In this document: in pieces, positions 28,008 to 32,000 of the stretch
How positions within the stretch are numbered: the first letter of the stretch is position 1
Layout of the letters: every line of letters begins with the position of its first letter
Source: Geobacter metallireducens GS-15
GTDB lineage: Bacteria; Desulfobacterota; Desulfuromonadia; Geobacterales; Geobacteraceae
Length of the DNA: 32,000 nucleotides
Assembly: GCF_000012925.1 (NCBI RefSeq)
Contig: NC_007517.1
Location: forward strand, 3,600,001-3,632,000
Direction: 5' to 3'
The notes under the pieces: model-generated
Told to the model about the DNA's origin: nothing
Seen by the model: the letters and a program-made list of their open reading frames with translations, nothing else
Databases searched by the model: none
Program-made: the position numbers and the translations under genes

Positions 28008-29708
28008 ATGACATCACGCACCTACATGAGTTTTTGCGCCGCCTTTACCCTCTGGGGACTTCTCGGACCGCTGCAGGCTGGAACCGCCCAGGCTGCCTCC
28101 CCCTCCTTCGAACTGGAGCTGAAGGACCTGGAAACGACGAAGCCTTCCCCCCAACACCGGCGGCAACCCGTCCGCCCCCCCCGCAAGGATAGTGCCCGGA
28201 AACCAGACACCAAGCCGGACACCCCAGCCTCAGAAGCATCCGGCGACTATACCCGCTATACCGTCAGGCCCGGCGACTTTCTCTTTAAGATCCTGATCCG
28301 CGATTTCGGCCTCAGCAACGCCCAGGCCGAGGCGCTCATCCCGGAAATCCAACGAATCAACAAATTGCCGAGCACCACGCGCCTCGAGGTGGGACAGACC
28401 ATCCTCATTCCCCGTCACCGCCGGGCATCATCCCTGGCTAAGGCCGCTACACCTGCACCCACTCCGGCATCCACGCATGGATCCGCATCTGCACCGGAAG
28501 GACACCGCCCCCTCATCATCCCGCCTGCTCCGTCATCGGCGCCGGCTCCCTCCACCGTCGTCACCTCGCCCCCTGAGCCGGTGGCGTCCTCACAACATGA
28601 AACAGCAACGGAAACGGTGGCGTCGCCTCCGCCGCCACCGCCACTCACACTATCGGGCCATGAAACTGTGTCGCCTGCACCAGCCACGGAAGCAAAGGCT
28701 GACCTTTCCTTTTCCACGGCACTTATCCGTCTGTGGGAAAACCTCGTTCCCGGCCAGCGGCAAATCGAACCTTTGACCGTCAACGGGAAGGTTCTCGACC
28801 CGGCCGACTACCCGCTCCTCCTGGCTGCCGATGGAGGCCGGATTCTGGTGGATCTCCGGGGCACCCTCCAACCCCAGCTTCGTACTCAATTGGCTCAAAA
28901 GTACCCCGACATCCACATTGTCACCCGGGGCAACGATAGCCTCAAGACGCTCGTCGCAACCCTCGTGCGAGCAGCCGAGTTCGCCCGGGCAGAAGAGAAC
29001 GTGGCCGTCGACCTGGGAGCTGATCCCACCCTCTCCGTCCGGGCAGACTTCCGCATCGTGAGGCTTCCGACGGGCCGGGGGGGGCCCGAAACCGTCCTCG
29101 TCTTTCTGGACGAACATGGCCCCTGCCTTCCTCCCCCCCTCACCGATTACCTCCATCGGAAAGGTTACCAGGTGGCCCAGTTCTGCGACCGTCCGGGAGA
29201 CACCGTTGCCGAGCCGGGGTACGACCTCAGGGCCATCCCTCCTTCCACACCTTGCGATGTGGCGGTTTCGCTTCTTAACGCACTTTCCCTGAAACTGGAC
29301 CGCAACCGTATCGTTTCCGGGGCCATGGGAGAGAACTCGGAGAACCGGTTCAGCATCAGGGTAGAAGGATACTTCGAGGCGGGGGGAAAGCGCTTTATCC
29401 TCGATTGCTCAGGAAACGATCCCTACAACTACACCCTCTTCAGGCTCCTCCAGGTGCAGGGTTACGGCATCATCCAACCCCAGGAGAACGATGATTTCAC
29501 CGACGTAACGCGGCGTCTGCTCACTGAGCTCAACTACCCCAACTCATTTGGAAGGCATGAAATGGACTACGGGCGGTACAGGATCGCGATCACCGGCTTC
29601 AAGATTACCCGCCGCGATACGTCAGCCGGCCGTCTCCTGCTCACGTCCCGGCCATCCGACCCGGTATTTGCCGAGTTGCTGCGGTGGGCTCCGGCTGAGA
29701 GGAAATAA
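28008..29708 (+). CDS. secreted LysM-domain protein with large uncharacterised C-terminal region
   Basis: Signal peptide MTSRTYMSFCAAFTLWGLLGPLQAGTAQA. LysM: YTVRPGDFLFKILIRDFGLSNAQ..INKLPSTTRLEVGQTILIP. A Pro/Ser/Ala linker is followed by about 330 aa with no motif I can name. Confidence 0.75.
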   Translation: MTSRTYMSFCAAFTLWGLLGPLQAGTAQAASPSFELELKDLETTKPSPQHRRQPVRPPRKDSARKPDTKPDTPASEASGDYTRYTVRPGDFLFKILIRDFGLSNAQAEALIPEIQRINKLPSTTRLEVGQTILIPRHRRASSLAKAATPAPTPASTHGSASAPEGHRPLIIPPAPSSAPAPSTVVTSPPEPVASSQHETATETVASPPPPPPLTLSGHETVSPAPATEAKADLSFSTALIRLWENLVPGQRQIEPLTVNGKVLDPADYPLLLAADGGRILVDLRGTLQPQLRTQLAQKYPDIHIVTRGNDSLKTLVATLVRAAEFARAEENVAVDLGADPTLSVRADFRIVRLPTGRGGPETVLVFLDEHGPCLPPPLTDYLHRKGYQVAQFCDRPGDTVAEPGYDLRAIPPSTPCDVAVSLLNALSLKLDRNRIVSGAMGENSENRFSIRVEGYFEAGGKRFILDCSGNDPYNYTLFRLLQVQGYGIIQPQENDDFTDVTRRLLTELNYPNSFGRHEMDYGRYRIAITGFKITRRDTSAGRLLLTSRPSDPVFAELLRWAPAERK

Positions 29709-29805
29709 AGGGCCCTGGGGTAAGCAACGCCGCCATGGTGCACGGGCGATGATTACAGACTATCGGGAGGGGATTTTTCGATCAAAGGAAACGGGCGCGG
29801 CATCA

Positions 29806-29824
29806 CGGAAATGTGTGATTTCCG
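29806..29824. terminator. hairpin between convergent genes (weak terminator candidate)
   Basis: CGGAAAT-gtgtg-ATTTCCG: a 7-bp stem with no clear U-tract on either strand. Confidence 0.25.
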
Positions 29825-29873
29825 CATGAACAGACTACCGGCAAAAGAGATGATACTGCAGATGAACTAGTAC

Positions 29874-30566
29874 CTATTGACCCGCCATCTTCATGAGGGC
29901 ATCGGCCCGATAGAGGGATGCATCGGGGGCAAGGGGAGATTCCGGATAACGGGCCAGGAACCGGTCAAACGCGTCGAGCGATTGCTGGTACTGGCCCGAC
30001 TTGTATGCGCTGACTCCCTTCTCAAAGAGGGTCTGCTCGTTCTCTCCCCCCTTGCGCGTGGCCGGAGAGGGAGAAACGGCCTTTGACGCCGGCACCTCGG
30101 ACGCCCTAGGTGGCGAGGAGGGACGGGTCGTAGCCGCAGGCAACTTGACCACCGGCTTTGCCTCCTTTGAAGCAGGGGTCACCGCCTGATGCTTTCTGGC
30201 ACCCTTCCGCTTCTCTGCAGGCTTGGCACGGCGTGTCGGCGCCGCGGTTTCCTCGCCGTGACCGGGAGGCAGGGGAACCAGGAGTTTATGGCCCGCATAG
30301 ATCAGGTTGGGGTTCGCAATCTCGTTAAAGAGCAGAATCTGGGAGAAGTAGGTTCCCTTGCCGCTGTATTTCCGCGACAGGCCATACAGGGTATCTCCCT
30401 TTTCGATGGTGATGCGCTCGACAAGAACCCCCTCCTCGGGGCCCGCCAGTGGTTTGCCATCCGATGGTTCCGGAGCGTAGCGGAGATACTCCGCGCCACT
30501 GGCTGAGGAAAGCGACGCAAGGGAGAGGACAAGAGACGACGCGACAAGTCTGAGAGTGCCGTTCAT
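29874..30566 (-). CDS. secreted LysM protein with C-terminal TPR/YbgF-like helical repeat
   Basis: Signal peptide MNGTLRLVASSLVLSLASLSSASG. LysM: ITIEKGDTLYGLSRKYSG..NPNLIYAGHKLLVP. Basic Pro/Lys linker. C-terminus LFEKGVSAYKSGQYQQSLDAFDRFLARYPESPLAPDASLYRADALMK is TPR-like. The start lies 1 nt after the upstream stop. Confidence 0.75.
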   Translation of the reverse strand: MNGTLRLVASSLVLSLASLSSASGAEYLRYAPEPSDGKPLAGPEEGVLVERITIEKGDTLYGLSRKYSGKGTYFSQILLFNEIANPNLIYAGHKLLVPLPPGHGEETAAPTRRAKPAEKRKGARKHQAVTPASKEAKPVVKLPAATTRPSSPPRASEVPASKAVSPSPATRKGGENEQTLFEKGVSAYKSGQYQQSLDAFDRFLARYPESPLAPDASLYRADALMKMAGQ

Positions 30567-30567
30567 A

Positions 30568-32000
30568 TCAGTACCTGTTCCCGAGTTGATCCTGGTAGTT
30601 CAGGACGTTCTTCACCTGGATGCTCCTGCCAACCGCGGTTCCCGCCTTGACCCTGAAGGTCACCTTGATGACCCGCTTCTCTCCAGCCCCCAGCTCGTCA
30701 AACTTCCAGATGTAATCGCCGTTTTTCGCTCGACCGAAAGAAGGATCCGATGCGACCAGTTCCAGGTCTTCAGGGAGAACGCTCTGGAGTTCCACAGCCT
30801 TGGCCATGCTCGAACCCCGGTTGGTGAAATTAAGCTCGAAGGAGGACACCTCGCCCGGCTTGAGCCTTCCCCCCTTGCCACTCATGGCCAGTTCAACCAC
30901 AGGTCTAGCGTAGACCAACCGCAGGTTCGCGGTGACGCTTTTTGCCTTGTCGCTTTCCGGCTCGAAGGCCATGGAAACGGTGGCGGCTGTCCCGTCGCTC
31001 TCGGCGGCCGGCGTGGAGAGATCGAGGATCACGTAGGACTCCTCCTTAGGCGCCAGCGGCCCAACGTGGTTAATGATCGGCTCGTTCGTCTGGCGGATGC
31101 CGTCGCGGTTGAGGTCCTGATAGAAGGTATAGGTGACGTTGGGAGGAAGTTGCGGCTTGATGAGGAAATCCTCCCGCACGTTGCCGGTGTTGGTAACGAT
31201 AAGGGGCACGGCTATTGACTGGCCGGGAATCACGACCAGCTTGTCGCTGTTGGTCCTGACGGCGACGCCGCTCACTGGCTTCACGAAGGAAGAGGCCGAG
31301 ATGAAGGAATCCCGGGTCTGGAGTTCAGTATTGACCACGTCTGCCCGCAGGAAGAGCTCTTGTTGAGCGATTGCCTCATCCTTCAGCTGGAAGGCCACAT
31401 CGAATTCCCTGCTCTCTCCCGATGCGAGACGTATGGCGTCAAGCACCAGCGCCGCCTTCATCTCTTGCTTGAGGCCGGTCCCCACCGGGCTTACCGGTTC
31501 GTACTGGGGCGGATAGTTAAGCCGCAGGCTTACCCCCTGGGCAGTGGCGGTACCGATGTTGAGGAGCGTCACCCGATAGGCGACCTTCTCTCCGGGAAGA
31601 ATCTGACCCTTGTCGGTCTTGACCACGGCGCGGAGAAGCGGCGCCGAGGCGGCAAACATGATATCCCGGGCCTGGGTGGCATCCCTGTCCATACGCGAGG
31701 CAATCTTGATGGGATAGATCATCTTCTGGCCATCGATGTACTCGCGCGGAACGGTAACGGAGACCACACCGTTGAAACGTTCCCCGGGAGCGATGGGCGG
31801 CGTCATGTTGACGGGGATTTCCTTCCTGGCTGCATCGGCGAACTGGGCTCCGAACTCGGCAGGAAAGCCCGATTCGAGATAGAAACTGTCGGTGCCGTTA
31901 CCCCTGTTGGCCACTTCAAAGGGAATGTCGTGCCGCTTGCCGACCTCCAGGCTTTGGGAGACCGGGGCAACCGTCAGGTCCGCATCGGCAAACTGACCCA
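30568..32000 (-). CDS. DUF11 / conserved-repeat-domain envelope protein, 5' end outside window
   Basis: The frame remains open to nt 32000 (..GQFADADLTVAPVSQSLEVGKRHDIPFEVANRGNGTDSF..). Repeated modules with the DUF11-type signature (VANRGNGTDSF, VTLLNIGTATAQGVSL, LIVTNTGNVREDF, LNFTNRGSSMAKAVEL). Confidence 0.7.
   Translation of the reverse strand, partial: GQFADADLTVAPVSQSLEVGKRHDIPFEVANRGNGTDSFYLESGFPAEFGAQFADAARKEIPVNMTPPIAPGERFNGVVSVTVPREYIDGQKMIYPIKIASRMDRDATQARDIMFAASAPLLRAVVKTDKGQILPGEKVAYRVTLLNIGTATAQGVSLRLNYPPQYEPVSPVGTGLKQEMKAALVLDAIRLASGESREFDVAFQLKDEAIAQQELFLRADVVNTELQTRDSFISASSFVKPVSGVAVRTNSDKLVVIPGQSIAVPLIVTNTGNVREDFLIKPQLPPNVTYTFYQDLNRDGIRQTNEPIINHVGPLAPKEESYVILDLSTPAAESDGTAATVSMAFEPESDKAKSVTANLRLVYARPVVELAMSGKGGRLKPGEVSSFELNFTNRGSSMAKAVELQSVLPEDLELVASDPSFGRAKNGDYIWKFDELGAGEKRVIKVTFRVKAGTAVGRSIQVKNVLNYQDQLGNRY

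Overview
High-GC chromosomal segment that reads like core genome of a Geobacter-type (Desulfuromonadota) bacterium; the taxon is inferred from gene content and style, not from a search. I found no rRNA, tRNA, CRISPR array, transposase, integrase or compositional island. Plus-strand housekeeping genes open the window: proA (5' partial), nadD, rsfS, rlmH, gpmI. A roughly 10.5 kb co-directional minus-strand string follows with very short or overlapping junctions: hsp20, lon, thiL, cheR, cheY, cheC, cheD, two tandem LolA-fold paralogs, yajQ, rimO, dksA. Next come a secreted TPR protein with a polylysine tail, tatA, a stand-alone response regulator, uvrB, a REC-PilZ regulator, an MFS transporter and a small siroheme-type sulfite/nitrite reductase-like protein. 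The least ordinary part is the right third. It holds a 1075-aa fusion of an endonuclease-Q-like PHP nuclease to a UvrD/PcrA-type helicase. It also holds a candidate sigma-54-driven pair (pseudo-receiver/proline-rich membrane protein plus a LysM protein with a large unassigned domain). That pair converges on a DUF11-repeat / LysM-TPR operon. Many long ORFs in the track are antisense shadows of real genes, as expected at this GC content, and were rejected. All family assignments rest on motifs I recognise in the translations; nothing was searched or folded computationally.
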